Source: an uncultured Candidatus Saccharibacteria bacterium
GTDB taxonomy: Bacteria; Patescibacteriota; Minisyncoccia; Phycocordibacterales; XYD1-FULL-46-19
Direction of reading: 5' to 3'
Assembly (NCBI GenBank): GCA_964510655.1
Contig: CAZEAY010000001.1
Location: 278,330 to 342,329 of the forward strand
Length of the DNA: 64,000 nt
The notes under the pieces are model-generated. The model was not told the origin of the DNA and made no database searches. It saw nothing but the letters and a program-made list of their open reading frames with translations. Shown in pieces: positions 51,421-62,349 of the stretch (position 1 is the first letter of the stretch; the number at the start of each line of letters is the position of its first letter). Position numbers and translations under genes: made by a program.

Positions 51421-53235
51421 ATGAAAAAAACCACAAAAACTAGCAAAAATAACTGGAATTTTGATCTTCTGCTGGGAGCCGGGGGTGAAAAAAATCTTGA
51501 TAAAATTCGCAAAAAAGCCGAGGAAGAAAGCTATAAATTCATTAATAAATGGCAAAATCGCACTGATTACTTAGAAAAACCTGAGATCTTAAAAGAGACT
51601 CTAGATGAGTACGAAAACTGGTCTAGATATTATGGGTCAAATAGTACAGAAGACTACTACTATGACATGAGACAAGCTCAGAATGTTAACGACCCGAAGT
51701 TGAAAGCCCAAGCAAATAAATCAACAGAACAAGCTGATAAAATCTTAAATGATATTCGTTTCTTTACTTTAAATCTGGCAAAGATATCTAACGATAAGCA
51801 AACAAGTTTCTTGAAAAGCAACATTCTGTCAGACTATCGACATTTCTTAAAAACCTTATTTCAAGAAGCCAAACACACCCTAACAGAGGGAGAAGAAAAA
51901 ATAATGACTCTCCAAGGGGAACCCGCTCGTGGTAACTGGATAAGAATGACTAGTGGTTTTATCTCTAGAGAAGAAAAAGATATTAAAATAAAAAATAAAA
52001 AGGAAAAATTCAACTACGAACAACTAGTGACACTAATGGCCCACCAAGATAAAAAAATCCGCGACCAAGCCAGTCACGCCTTTAATGAAATCTTGGCAAA
52101 ATATGTCGACGTAGCAGAAGCAGAAATGAATGCTATTTTAAAAAATAAAAAAATTAGTGACGAGTTGCGAGGATACAGTCGACCAGATAGCGCCCGTCAC
52201 CTACATGACGACATTGACTCACAAGTAGTAGACATAATGTTGGAAGCCGTTAGCAATAAATTTAATATTTCTCAACGTTTTTATAAATTAAAAACTAAAT
52301 TTGTTAAACAAACAAAATTAGCCTACCATGAACGGAACATTCCAGTAGGAAAAAGTGACATAGAAATAACCTATCCCGAAGCAACCAGCTTGGTTCAAAA
52401 AGTCTTAAGTAAGATAGATTCAGAGTTTGGAGATATATACCAAGGTTTTTGTCAAAGAGGCCAGTTTAACGTCTTCCCAACGAAAAACAAACACGGTGGC
52501 GCCTTTTGTGCGAGTGGCTTAATTTCTCACCCGACATACATTTTGCTCAACTACACCAATAGATTAAACGACGCCTTAACCATTGCTCACGAAGTTGGTC
52601 ACGGGATAAACAACGAACTACAACGAAAAACCCAGAACGCCTTAAATTTTGGCACCCCCCTAGCCACCGCCGAGGTCGCCAGCACTTTTATGGAAGATTT
52701 TGTCTTAGAGGAAATACTACAGAAAGAAAGTAGTGACAAAGCAAAACTGTCTATTGCCATAATGAGATTAAATTCTGATATTTCTTCTATCTTCCGCCAA
52801 GTGGCCTGCTATCGTTTTGAACAAGAACTACATAAAACCTTCCGAGAAAAAGGTTATCTGTCAAAAGAGGAAATTGGTAAAATTTTCCAAAAACATATGA
52901 AGAGTTATATGGGTCCGGCCGTAATCCAATCCCCTGGTTCAGAAAATTGGTGGGTATACTGGAGTCATATTAGAAGTTTCTTTTATGTCTATTCTTATGC
53001 TTCAGGTTTGCTAATTTCCAAGGCGATGCAAAAGAAAGTTAAGGAAAATCCAAAATTTATAGAGAAGGTAAAACAATTTCTTTCAGCTGGGTCTTCCGCT
53101 TCCCCTAAAGATATTTTTTCCAAAATGGATATTGATATTACTGACAAAAAGTTTTGGGAAACAGGTCTAAAAGAAATTGAACAAAATTTAGCAGAGGCAG
53201 AAAAACTGGCCAAAAAATTAAATTATAAGATTTAA
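51421..53235 (+). CDS. pepF: M3B oligoendopeptidase F
   Basis: KHGGAFC, TIAHEVGH (HExxH), AEVASTFME, WSHI..FYVYSYASG. Confidence 0.92.
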   Translation: MKKTTKTSKNNWNFDLLLGAGGEKNLDKIRKKAEEESYKFINKWQNRTDYLEKPEILKETLDEYENWSRYYGSNSTEDYYYDMRQAQNVNDPKLKAQANKSTEQADKILNDIRFFTLNLAKISNDKQTSFLKSNILSDYRHFLKTLFQEAKHTLTEGEEKIMTLQGEPARGNWIRMTSGFISREEKDIKIKNKKEKFNYEQLVTLMAHQDKKIRDQASHAFNEILAKYVDVAEAEMNAILKNKKISDELRGYSRPDSARHLHDDIDSQVVDIMLEAVSNKFNISQRFYKLKTKFVKQTKLAYHERNIPVGKSDIEITYPEATSLVQKVLSKIDSEFGDIYQGFCQRGQFNVFPTKNKHGGAFCASGLISHPTYILLNYTNRLNDALTIAHEVGHGINNELQRKTQNALNFGTPLATAEVASTFMEDFVLEEILQKESSDKAKLSIAIMRLNSDISSIFRQVACYRFEQELHKTFREKGYLSKEEIGKIFQKHMKSYMGPAVIQSPGSENWWVYWSHIRSFFYVYSYASGLLISKAMQKKVKENPKFIEKVKQFLSAGSSASPKDIFSKMDIDITDKKFWETGLKEIEQNLAEAEKLAKKLNYKI

Positions 53236-53247
53236 TAAATTAAGAAT

Positions 53248-53502
53248 ATGGAAACAAAAGAAGAAAAAGAATCTCTTAAGCAAAAAGTGCGCGAGCAAAC
53301 TGTCGGCTATATTGCTACTGCCCTAGGACTAGTAGCCGGCCTGGCTTGGAACGAAGCAATAAAGGGTTTGATTGATAGTATTTATCCAGCCACAAGTGGA
53401 GGTGGACTAGGAGCTAAATTTATCTATGCCATTTTTGTAACTATTGGCATTGTCATTGTTTCTTCTTATCTCCTACGTTTTTCGCAAAAGAAAAATATTT
53501 AG
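53248..53502 (+). CDS. DUF5654-like small membrane protein
   Basis: ALGLVAGLAWNEAIK, KFIYAIFVT signature. Confidence 0.75.
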   Translation: METKEEKESLKQKVREQTVGYIATALGLVAGLAWNEAIKGLIDSIYPATSGGGLGAKFIYAIFVTIGIVIVSSYLLRFSQKKNI

Positions 53503-53522
53503 AAAATCAAAACTTATTTTTG

Positions 53523-53593
53523 TGGACCTAGCGAGAATCGAACTCGCGCCTGTACAATGCGAATGTACCGTCGTACCACTAGACTATAGGCCC
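53523..53593 (-). tRNA. tRNA-Ala(CGC), CCA not encoded
   Basis: GGGCCTA/TAGGTCC acceptor stem with the G3:U70 Ala identity pair, GTACA-TTCGCAT-TGTAC anticodon arm, TTCGATT T-loop. Confidence 0.93.
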
Positions 53594-53674
53594 AGGTAAG
53601 GCATTTATAGCACAAAATAAAGGCAAAATAAAGGTTTCTTGGTATTTTACCTCGGTTCAGCTAGTATATTAAAG

Positions 53675-54228
53675 ATGGACAAGACCCCAGCTAACATTTT
53701 AAAATCCGGTGGTATTGGAGTAATGCCCACCGACACCATCTATGGTCTACTCGGTAGCGCTTTGGATAAAAAAACGGTCGAGCGTATCTACCAAGTCCGT
53801 GGCCGACGTCCAGATAAACCACTAATTATTTTGATCGGGTCACTCGAGGATTTAAAACTTTTTGGGATTAAACCAAAAGATAAAACTTTAGAAATTCTAA
53901 AGAAATACTGGCCAGGTCAATTAAGTGTCGTTCTCCCCTGTGCTGGAAAAAAATTTAAATACCTGCATCGTGGGACAAAAACTCTGGCTTTTCGATGGCC
54001 AAAAAATAAATGGCTACAAAATTTATTGAAAAAAACTGGACCCTTAGTTGCCCCCAGTGCAAATCCCGAAGGACGAACACCAGCAATCAATATTATTGAA
54101 GCAAAGAAATAGATTTTTATCAAGCCGGAAGAATAAAAAATAATCTTGCTTCTACCCTGATCATCATCGAAAAAGAAAAAATAAAAATATTACGAGCAGG
54201 TGCTGTTAAAATAAACAAAAATGATTAA
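53675..54228 (+). pseudogene. tsaC: Threonylcarbamoyl-AMP synthase (TsaC/YrdC), frameshifted near 54110
   Basis: PTDTIYGL, RRPDKPL, WPGQLSVV, APSANPEG then TAG at 54110-54112; C-terminal STLI..ILRAGA continues in the -1 frame to TAA at 54226-54228. Confidence 0.8.
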
Positions 54229-54562
54229 CATAGATGAATTTGGAAAAATAGAATTAAGAATCGCTAAAGTTTTGGAAGCAGAAAGAGTGGAGGGATCAGA
54301 GAAACTGATCAAAATGAAGTTAGATGTCGGCGACAAAAATGGAACTGGAGATTTTGTTCCCAGACAAGTTTTAGCTGGAATTGGAAAAACCTATAATCCA
54401 GAGATGCTTGTTGGAAAACAGATTGTCATTGTGGCCAACCTAGAACCCCGGACATTAATGGGGTTGGAAAGCCACGGAATGATCGTCGCTGGCAGTGACA
54501 ATGAAGGAATCGCCATAGTTTCTCCAGATCGAGAATTACCCCCTGGTACCCTACTAAAATAA
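54221..54562 (+). CDS. Stand-alone tRNA-binding OB-fold protein (MetRS C-terminal/Trbp111/CsaA family)
   Basis: IDEFGKIELRIAKV, GSEKL, RQVLAGI, VANLEPR..GLESHGM. Confidence 0.9.
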   Translation: MINIDEFGKIELRIAKVLEAERVEGSEKLIKMKLDVGDKNGTGDFVPRQVLAGIGKTYNPEMLVGKQIVIVANLEPRTLMGLESHGMIVAGSDNEGIAIVSPDRELPPGTLLK

Positions 54563-54638
54563 TAGGTAGACGCTTTGATGTTTTATGTTACAATTACTCA
54601 ATATTATCAAAATTTAATAGACTAATTTACGCAAACAT

Positions 54639-55367
54639 ATGAATGAACAAGGAACCGGTTTAACCATCTCCAAAGCTCTTATTTACGGCGCCATAATTAT
54701 TGCCGTTGTCATTGGTGGGAGTTTTATCTATCAAAAACGTTTTATTGAAAAAAACCTTCCAACCTTAGTCAAACAGGCTATCGAGGATATGACTCCAAAT
54801 ACCAAAAATATGAAGCCGGTCACCAAAGAAGACCATATTTTGGGCAATCTAAACGCCCCCGTTAAGTTGGTCGTTTACACTGACTTAGAGTGTCCTTATT
54901 GTAAGGTTTTCCATAACTCTGTCTTGGAACTAAAAGATAATTACATCAAAGACGGTAAGCTAGCAGTAATTTATCGCAATATGCCCCTAGATCAACTCCA
55001 CAGTAAAGCCCGGCCAGAAGCCATCGCAAGTGAATGTGTGGCCAAACTTGGTGGAGAAGAAAAATACTGGTCATTCGTTGATAAGATTTTCAAAGACACA
55101 CCATCTAACGATGGTCTGGATTTGAACCTCTTGCCTAAATTCGCGACTGAATTAGGGGTAGATGCTAAAGCTTTTGCCACCTGTCAAAAAGACGAAGCAA
55201 TTGCTAAGAAAATTGTTGACCATGAGACTAACGCCCAGCAATCCGGAGCTCAAGGAACACCTTATCCTATCTTCACTTATAAAGATGAAGTAAAAGGAGC
55301 TCTCCCAGGCGCCGTACCAGCCGACCAAATTAAAAAGATGGTTGACGACTTAATCGCCGGGAAATAA
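54639..55367 (+). CDS. Membrane-anchored DsbA/BdbD-like thioredoxin-fold protein
   Basis: N-terminal TM, DHILGNLNAPV, DLECPYC, GAQGTP cis-Pro motif. Confidence 0.9.
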   Translation: MNEQGTGLTISKALIYGAIIIAVVIGGSFIYQKRFIEKNLPTLVKQAIEDMTPNTKNMKPVTKEDHILGNLNAPVKLVVYTDLECPYCKVFHNSVLELKDNYIKDGKLAVIYRNMPLDQLHSKARPEAIASECVAKLGGEEKYWSFVDKIFKDTPSNDGLDLNLLPKFATELGVDAKAFATCQKDEAIAKKIVDHETNAQQSGAQGTPYPIFTYKDEVKGALPGAVPADQIKKMVDDLIAGK

Positions 55368-55382
55368 TTTCATTCACTTTTC

Positions 55383-55414
55383 AATAAAAAACCGCCCTCT
55401 GGCGGTTTTTTATT
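55383..55414. terminator. Bidirectional terminator
   Basis: AATAAAAAACCGCC-CTCT-GGCGGTTTTTTATT. Confidence 0.85.
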
Positions 55415-55459
55415 TTAGTATTAATTAATAATTAGTAATTTTTAATTTGTAATTAATAT

Positions 55460-56788
55460 TTAGTATCCTTGAAGTCTTTTCGACTTATCGTGTTGTCTAA
55501 TTTTCTCGTGAGCCTTGGCTTCAATCTGGCGAATACGCTCACGAGTTACTCCAAACTCCTTACCTACTTCTTCGAGCGTCCGCTGGACACCATCAATTAG
55601 ACCATGGCGCATTTCCAAAATCTGACGTTCTTTAGGTGACAAGTCAGCCATAATTTCATTTATCTGATCACGTAAAATTCGACGAGACACATCTTGATCG
55701 GGTGGCGCAATCTTATCGTCCGCAATAAATTCGCCTAAAGTAGACTTGTCATCGTCGTCATCAGTCGGCTTATCTAAAGAAGCGGTACTTTGATCAATCT
55801 TTTCAATTGTATGAATCTTATCCACCTCCACCCCCATTTCTGTCGCAATTTCTTGTGGTAATGGCTCACGTCCTAAATCTTGTGACAAGCGACGCACCAC
55901 TTGTTTATATTTAGCAATCGTTTCTACCATGTGTACGGGAATTCTAATGGTGCGAGATTGATCAGCTAAGGCACGAGTAACAGCCTGACGAATCCACCAG
56001 GTGGCATAAGTAGAAAATTTGTAACCCTTGCGCCAGTCAAATTTTTCCACTGCCTTAAATAGACCGAGATTTCCTTCTTGAATCAAATCCAGGAGGGTGA
56101 GGTCCTGGCTACGTCCAATATATTTTTTAGCAATAGAAACTACTAAACGAAGGTTAGCCGAAGCTAAAGTCTTTCGAGCCTCTTCATCCCCTTCTAAAAT
56201 TTTTCGCGCCAAATCTTTTTCTTCAGACCCATTTAATAGCTTATGACGACCAATTTCTTTCAAATAAATTTGAACTGAATCCAAGGAGCTGTCTGAAATT
56301 CTGCCTCCCCGAACTTTTTCTAAAACCTCCTGCTCATCATCCAGCAAACCACCTTCTTCAATGACATCAACATGTGATTCTTCGAAACGAGCATATAAAT
56401 CCTCCAAAAATTCGATATCATTTTCCACGTTTGGAAATTCCTTCAAAATTTCAGAAAAGGTGACAAAGCCCCGTTGGCGCCCGCGCGTTACTAAAGCCTT
56501 GGCTCGCTCCACCAATTGTTCCTTACTCGCTTTGCCAGACTTAGGAGCGATATTTCCTCGACTAATCTTTTTAACCACCTTCGGTTTAGCTTTGGATAGA
56601 CTTTTTTTGGCCACCACTTTTTTTACTGTCTTTTTTACTACCTTAGGTTTAGCCTTTACAACTTTACGAATCGACTTCTTTACAACTTTTTTAGTGACGA
56701 CTTTCTTTTTGACGACAGTTTTCTTCTTGGCCATAAGCTTATTCTTTTTGTTATCTTTTTTAATCACTTGTTTGGTTTTTTTTGGCAT
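55460..56788 (-). CDS. rpoD: Primary sigma70 factor with a Lys-rich N-terminal extension
   Basis: [66 protein letters not shown]. Confidence 0.96.
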   Translation of the reverse strand: MPKKTKQVIKKDNKKNKLMAKKKTVVKKKVVTKKVVKKSIRKVVKAKPKVVKKTVKKVVAKKSLSKAKPKVVKKISRGNIAPKSGKASKEQLVERAKALVTRGRQRGFVTFSEILKEFPNVENDIEFLEDLYARFEESHVDVIEEGGLLDDEQEVLEKVRGGRISDSSLDSVQIYLKEIGRHKLLNGSEEKDLARKILEGDEEARKTLASANLRLVVSIAKKYIGRSQDLTLLDLIQEGNLGLFKAVEKFDWRKGYKFSTYATWWIRQAVTRALADQSRTIRIPVHMVETIAKYKQVVRRLSQDLGREPLPQEIATEMGVEVDKIHTIEKIDQSTASLDKPTDDDDDKSTLGEFIADDKIAPPDQDVSRRILRDQINEIMADLSPKERQILEMRHGLIDGVQRTLEEVGKEFGVTRERIRQIEAKAHEKIRQHDKSKRLQGY

Positions 56789-56819
56789 ATTGTTTATTTT
56801 TTAACTAAACAAAAAAGTA

Positions 56820-58571
56820 TTAAAATTTGCTATTCTTTTTTAAATCATTTATTTCTTTAGTAATCTCCTGACAACGTTTTAAATAAAGCATGGAATCAAC
56901 ATCATTTCCTTTTTCCTCAGCTTCTTTCATTTTTTTTAATAATAAAGTTAACTCATCTTTTAAAAATTCTTCCTTTAGACCAGCGAGCAATTCCTCAGAC
57001 TCCGAAACTAAAAATTCATTGCCCTCATAAGAAAGTTCTGCCTCTAAAATTAATTGTTCCTTGTCGTTTTCATAAAGATCACTTTTTGAAGAAAACCTTT
57101 CTATCCCTAAAATATTGGACATCTTCTCAGACAAATCTTCGGTAGTCAAAATAGAATTAGTTTGAGTCTTTAGCCAAAATAACAATCCAAACAGTTTCCT
57201 TTCAATCAGTTGTAGACGAGAAGATCCTGTCATTTGTGTCGATGAACTTAAGTTCTCGGCTGATGATAAACCTTCAACTTCAGTATTATCTAATCTAACT
57301 TTTTTTAATTCATCCCACACCGGCTCTTCTCTTGTTCCAACAAAAGAAGCGATCTTAGAGACAAACCCAGCCTGATCAATAACATTAGATAAGCGCGCCA
57401 CATAAGGTAAAACCTCCTCTGATATTTTTTTGTTTAAGGTCCGACTGTCATATTTTTTACGAGCCAACACGGCCAAATAAAAATCAATGACATTGGTCGA
57501 TTCAGCGACTGCCTGTTTCCAGGCCAGAGGACTTTGGTTAACCAAATCAGCCGGATCTAAACCATCGGGCAAGAGGGCAATTTTTACCTCCATCCCCAGA
57601 CTAAGAGCAATATTTATCCCCCGCCTAGCGGCGCTAATACCAGCCGTATCCCCATCAAAAGCCATAACCAGATTATCGGTCAATCGCTTAATTAAGCCCA
57701 AATGGTAGGCTGTCAGAGCCGTCCCAGACACCGCCACCGAGTTTAGAACCCCTGCTTGATGAGAAGAAACAAGATCCATTTGTCCTTCAACTAAAACACA
57801 CAGGTCTTTAGCCCGAATCTCCGCTTTAGCCTTATCATAACCAAAGAGAATTCGCGATTTATCATAAAGAGCTGTTTGTGGAGAATTTATATATTTAGCC
57901 TCTTCCCGATCACTAGTGATAATGATGCGACCAGAAAAACCCACTGTCCGGCCAGAAATATCAGACAAGGGAAACATGATTCGTCCGCGAAAACGGTCGT
58001 AATAACGGCCACCGGCGTGACGAATGGACTGATTAGAAGGAATGATTAATCCAGTTTTTTCAATATCGGACTCTTTAAATCCCTTATTAGTTAAATGAGT
58101 CAACAAAGTAGACCACTCCGGTTTAGAAAAACCAATCCTAAAACGACGAACAGTTTCTTCGGATAATTGACGATTTTTCAAATAAAGCTTAGCTTCATTG
58201 TTCTGCAAAAGATTCATGTGGTAAAACTTTGTCGCTTCTTCCAAAATAGCGTAGAGTCTTTCATTTTCCGTCTTTAGCTTAAGATCAATGGGTTTTAACT
58301 CAATCCCCGCTCGCCTCGCTAAAACCTCTAGGGCTCCCACGAAGTCTAACCCTTCGATATCTTGAACAAAACTAAAAATATCACCACCCCGATTACAGCC
58401 AAAACAATGATAATTATCTCGAGTCGGAGACACAAAGAAGGACGCTGATTTTTCATTATGAAAAGGACAACGGGCTTTAAAATTTGCGCCAGCCTTTTCA
58501 AGTTTTATATATGAGCCGATAACTTCAACAATACCCAGCTTGGATTTAATTTGTTCGGTTTGAGAACTCAC
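56820..58571 (-). CDS. dnaG: DNA primase
   Basis: CPFHNEKSASF..HCFGC zinc ribbon, DRFRGRIMFP, KYINSP, VEGQMD, FDGDTAG TOPRIM; GTG start. Confidence 0.97.
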   Translation of the reverse strand: MSSQTEQIKSKLGIVEVIGSYIKLEKAGANFKARCPFHNEKSASFFVSPTRDNYHCFGCNRGGDIFSFVQDIEGLDFVGALEVLARRAGIELKPIDLKLKTENERLYAILEEATKFYHMNLLQNNEAKLYLKNRQLSEETVRRFRIGFSKPEWSTLLTHLTNKGFKESDIEKTGLIIPSNQSIRHAGGRYYDRFRGRIMFPLSDISGRTVGFSGRIIITSDREEAKYINSPQTALYDKSRILFGYDKAKAEIRAKDLCVLVEGQMDLVSSHQAGVLNSVAVSGTALTAYHLGLIKRLTDNLVMAFDGDTAGISAARRGINIALSLGMEVKIALLPDGLDPADLVNQSPLAWKQAVAESTNVIDFYLAVLARKKYDSRTLNKKISEEVLPYVARLSNVIDQAGFVSKIASFVGTREEPVWDELKKVRLDNTEVEGLSSAENLSSSTQMTGSSRLQLIERKLFGLLFWLKTQTNSILTTEDLSEKMSNILGIERFSSKSDLYENDKEQLILEAELSYEGNEFLVSESEELLAGLKEEFLKDELTLLLKKMKEAEEKGNDVDSMLYLKRCQEITKEINDLKKNSKF

Positions 58572-58590
58572 TTTATTTAATTACAAGTTA

Positions 58591-58663
58591 CAAATTTCAA
58601 ATGCCAAATGAAAATGCATTTGCATCCCCATTTGACATTGTTAATTTGAAATTTGACATTGTT
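58591..58663. repeat. Intergenic inverted repeat plus short direct repeats between rpoC and dnaG
   Basis: CAAATTTCAAAT 58591-58602 / ATTTGAAATTTG 58644-58655; ATTTGACATTGTT at 58630 and 58651. Confidence 0.6.
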
Positions 58664-58664
58664 G

Positions 58665-61600
58665 CTATTCAGCTACTTCCTCCATCTTTTCTACCCCGCG
58701 TTCTTCTTGATCATCATGATTATAACCTCTAATTAAACCAGTTCCTGCTGGAATCAGACGGCCAATGATGACGTTCTCTTTAAGACCACGGAGTTTATCC
58801 AAACCACCCTTAATGGCGGTATCAATCAAGACACGAGTAGTGTGTTGGAAAGAAACGGCGGACAAGAAACTGGCTGTAGACAAAGCCACATCAGAGATAC
58901 CCAAAATAATTTGTTCAGAGGTTGCATCTTCACCTCCCTCTTCTTGAGCAAGAACGTTTTCCTCATGTAATTCCATATTTTCCACAATTTCACCAACAGT
59001 AAATTTCGTATTATGTGGAATTTTTATCTTCCGACGGGAGAGCATTTGGTGGATAATGATTTCAATATGTTTACGAGCAATCGAAACACCCTGCAATTCA
59101 TAAATTGCATTAGTTTCTTTAATGATATAATCTTCGGTTTTAATCTTACCTGCCAATTTATAGAGTTCAGACAAATCTACCGAACCTTCAGTCAATGATT
59201 GACCTTTTTCCACTTTATCACCCTTGTTAACTAACACAGTGCGAGAAGATGGAACGGTATAATCAATTTGTTCGCCCGCCTTAGCTCCTTTCTTACGATG
59301 CTCCAAATCAGGCAAAATAGAAATTACTATTTCCCGACCATCTTTTTTAATATCCACAACCTCTCCAGTAACTTGAGTTAAGACAGCAGGATTTTTAGGT
59401 GTCCGACGTTCAAAAATTTCTTCAACCCGAGGCAAACCACCAACGATGTCACCAGCTCCTGTTCCGATACCTCCAGAGTGTTTTGTTCTCATGGTTAGCT
59501 GAGTTCCAGGTTCACCAATCGCTTGGGCGGCTACGATACCAACCGGTTCCCCGATTTTAATTAGACCACCACGACCAGGATCTTCTCCATAACATTTTTG
59601 GCACAACCCTTTCAAAGTTTTACAAGTTAGTGGTGAGCGAACATAAGCTTCGGACACACCAGCGGCTTCTACGACTTTAGCTTCGTTACGTGACAATAAG
59701 TGACCCTTGGCAAACAACACCTTACCATCAACTACAATATCTTTAGCCAAAATACGGCCCTTAATACTATTACCGATACCGGCATCAAAACCTAAGACAT
59801 GATTTTGGTTAATGTGTTTGCCTTCCTTATCACCACAATCTTCTTCAGTAATCACCATATCTTGAGAAACATCAACCAGTTTACGAGTCAGATAACCTGC
59901 TTTAGCCGTGTTAAGCGCCGTATCAGCCAAAGTCTTGCGAGAACCGTGTGTGGTAATGAAATATTCTAGTGGTGAGAGACCTTCCTTATAAGAAGGCAAA
60001 ATAGGGAAATCAATCAAACGCCCGGCTGGGTTGATAATCAACCCCTTCATTCCAGCCATCTGAGAAATCTGAGAAATAGATCCGCGAGCTCCAGAATTTA
60101 GCATGTAAGACACTGGACCCTTAGGATCTAGGCTAGCCGGCAAGGCTTTTTCGATTTGTGATTTTACCCCATACCATAACTCAATAGTCATTCGGTATTT
60201 TTCCGCTTCTGACAACAAACCATCATCAAATTGTTCAGATAGTTTGGCTTCTTCTTTTCTCGCCTCTACAATAATTCCAGCTTTTTCTTTCGGCACCTGA
60301 ACATCATCAAGACCCCAAGTCGTACCAGATTTAGTAGAAAACTTGAATCCGAAAGATTTGATTTTGTCGAAAATATCTGGCATTGGACCAACTCCATAGT
60401 GAGCCATCATTTCTTCGACCAACTTTCCCATTTCCTTACTATTTAATTCTTTGTTGATAAATGGCCAATCAGAAGGAAGAGTATTATTAAACAATATTCT
60501 ACCTACAGAAGTTTCAAATATCTTTCCGGCATTCTCTCCATATTTTTCCGGCTTGCCACCCATCAATTTTACCTTAGCTCGCAAGTCAACATCATTAAAG
60601 TCATAGGCCATGATTGCCGCATTAGGACTTTGGAAATACTTTCCTTCTCCCTTAACCCCTTCAATGATTTTTGTCACCCAATATACACCAAGCACAATAT
60701 CCATACGCATGGTAATAATAGGATCGCCAGAACCAGGCTTCAACATATTCTTGTTAGCCGCAATCAATTCCCTTGCCTCACGCTGAGCGGCGGCAGAAAG
60801 TGGTACGTGAACGGCCATCTGGTCTCCATCGAAGTCAGCGTTAAAAGCAGTACAGACTAGTGGATGAAGTTGGATAGCATTACCTTCAATCAAAACAGGC
60901 TTAAAGGCTTGAATACCTAACCGGTGCAAAGTAGGAGCCCGGTTTAACATGACATACTTATCTTTGATCACTTCTTCCAAAATCGCCCAGACCTCCGCGA
61001 TACCTTCATCAATCAAGCGACCAGCACCTCTAATATTATAAGCCAATTCCGACTCTAAAATTTTAGAAACAATAAATGGGCGGAATAATTCCAAAGCCAT
61101 GTGTTTAGGCAAGCCACATTGTGAAATTTTCAATTCTGGTCCAACCACAATAACCGAACGACCAGAGTAGTCGACGCGTTTACCCAAAAGATTTTGACGG
61201 AAACGTCCCTGTTTACCACGCAAAGCATCGGCCAAAGATTTTAGTGGGCGACGCTGAGATTGATTCATTGCTCCTTCTGATCCACCACCCTTACGGATAG
61301 AGTTATCAATCAAAGAGTCTACGGCCTCCTGCAAGATACGCTTTTCATTGCGCAAAATTACATCAGGGGCAGAAAGTTCAATCAATTTTTTTAACCGATT
61401 ATTTCGGTTGATTACCCGACGATACAAATCGTTTACATCGGAAGTAGCGTGACGTCCGCCATCCAAAGCCACCATTGGGCGCAAAGCAGGAGGGATAACA
61501 GGAATATTACGCAAGAACATCCATTCTGGACGAACATCCGAACGACTCAAAGATTTTATCAAGTTGTGACGTTTTTGTAATTTCGCCCGCTCCAAAGAAC

Positions 61601-62339
61601 CAGCCTTTTCTAATTGACCTTCAATAGTTTCCAATAGCTCAGAAAGATTGATGGATTTAAAAATAGATTCAATAGCTTCGGCACCAATCCCCGCCTCAAA
61701 CACTGTTCCATATTTAAGAGATAATTTGTGATAAGTAAGCTCATCCAAAACTTTCCACAAAGACAAAGATTCCAGCTGTCGTTTGGCCTCCAAAACCGCA
61801 TTTTTCAAACGCTCTTTTTCTGTTTCGTCGGTCAATCCCTTCATTTTTGTCTTGAATTCATTATCGATTTCACGAAGTACGCTAGCTTTTTGTTCTTCGT
61901 TAACTTTCGTTACGATATAACCTGCAAAATAGATAACTTTTTCTAATTCCGAAATAGACAAATCGAGCACCAAGCCCATGCGAGATGGAATATTTCTTAA
62001 AAACCAAATATGAGCAACTGGAGTCGCCAAAGTAATATGACCCATTCGTTCTCGACGAACAATAGAACGAGTAACTTCTACTCCACATTTTTCACAAACA
62101 ATATCTTTATAACGAATGCGTTTATATTTACCACAGTAACATTCGTAATCTTTTTCTGGTCCAAAAATACGCTCATCAAAGAGACCGCTGCGTTCAGAGC
62201 GACCAGTTCGATAGTTAATAGTCTCTGGCTTAGTTACTTCACCATAAGACCAATCCAAAATTTTCTCTGGGGAAGCCAATTTCAAAGAAATAGCGTTGAA
62301 ATCAGCAATCTTATCAAGTTTTTTTATAGGTGTAGTCAT
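58665..62339 (-). CDS. rpoC: RNA polymerase beta' subunit
   Basis: [12 protein letters not shown], zinc-finger cysteines, [30 protein letters not shown]. Confidence 0.99.
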   Translation of the reverse strand: MTTPIKKLDKIADFNAISLKLASPEKILDWSYGEVTKPETINYRTGRSERSGLFDERIFGPEKDYECYCGKYKRIRYKDIVCEKCGVEVTRSIVRRERMGHITLATPVAHIWFLRNIPSRMGLVLDLSISELEKVIYFAGYIVTKVNEEQKASVLREIDNEFKTKMKGLTDETEKERLKNAVLEAKRQLESLSLWKVLDELTYHKLSLKYGTVFEAGIGAEAIESIFKSINLSELLETIEGQLEKAGSLERAKLQKRHNLIKSLSRSDVRPEWMFLRNIPVIPPALRPMVALDGGRHATSDVNDLYRRVINRNNRLKKLIELSAPDVILRNEKRILQEAVDSLIDNSIRKGGGSEGAMNQSQRRPLKSLADALRGKQGRFRQNLLGKRVDYSGRSVIVVGPELKISQCGLPKHMALELFRPFIVSKILESELAYNIRGAGRLIDEGIAEVWAILEEVIKDKYVMLNRAPTLHRLGIQAFKPVLIEGNAIQLHPLVCTAFNADFDGDQMAVHVPLSAAAQREARELIAANKNMLKPGSGDPIITMRMDIVLGVYWVTKIIEGVKGEGKYFQSPNAAIMAYDFNDVDLRAKVKLMGGKPEKYGENAGKIFETSVGRILFNNTLPSDWPFINKELNSKEMGKLVEEMMAHYGVGPMPDIFDKIKSFGFKFSTKSGTTWGLDDVQVPKEKAGIIVEARKEEAKLSEQFDDGLLSEAEKYRMTIELWYGVKSQIEKALPASLDPKGPVSYMLNSGARGSISQISQMAGMKGLIINPAGRLIDFPILPSYKEGLSPLEYFITTHGSRKTLADTALNTAKAGYLTRKLVDVSQDMVITEEDCGDKEGKHINQNHVLGFDAGIGNSIKGRILAKDIVVDGKVLFAKGHLLSRNEAKVVEAAGVSEAYVRSPLTCKTLKGLCQKCYGEDPGRGGLIKIGEPVGIVAAQAIGEPGTQLTMRTKHSGGIGTGAGDIVGGLPRVEEIFERRTPKNPAVLTQVTGEVVDIKKDGREIVISILPDLEHRKKGAKAGEQIDYTVPSSRTVLVNKGDKVEKGQSLTEGSVDLSELYKLAGKIKTEDYIIKETNAIYELQGVSIARKHIEIIIHQMLSRRKIKIPHNTKFTVGEIVENMELHEENVLAQEEGGEDATSEQIILGISDVALSTASFLSAVSFQHTTRVLIDTAIKGGLDKLRGLKENVIIGRLIPAGTGLIRGYNHDDQEERGVEKMEEVAE

Positions 62340-62349
62340 GGTCGTTTTA

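Noticed and set aside
54110-54112. TAG read-through or alternative genetic code in tsaC
   Set aside because: The conserved C-terminus is in a different frame, so read-through would not restore it; TAA, TAG and TGA all terminate conserved genes elsewhere in the window, consistent with code 11
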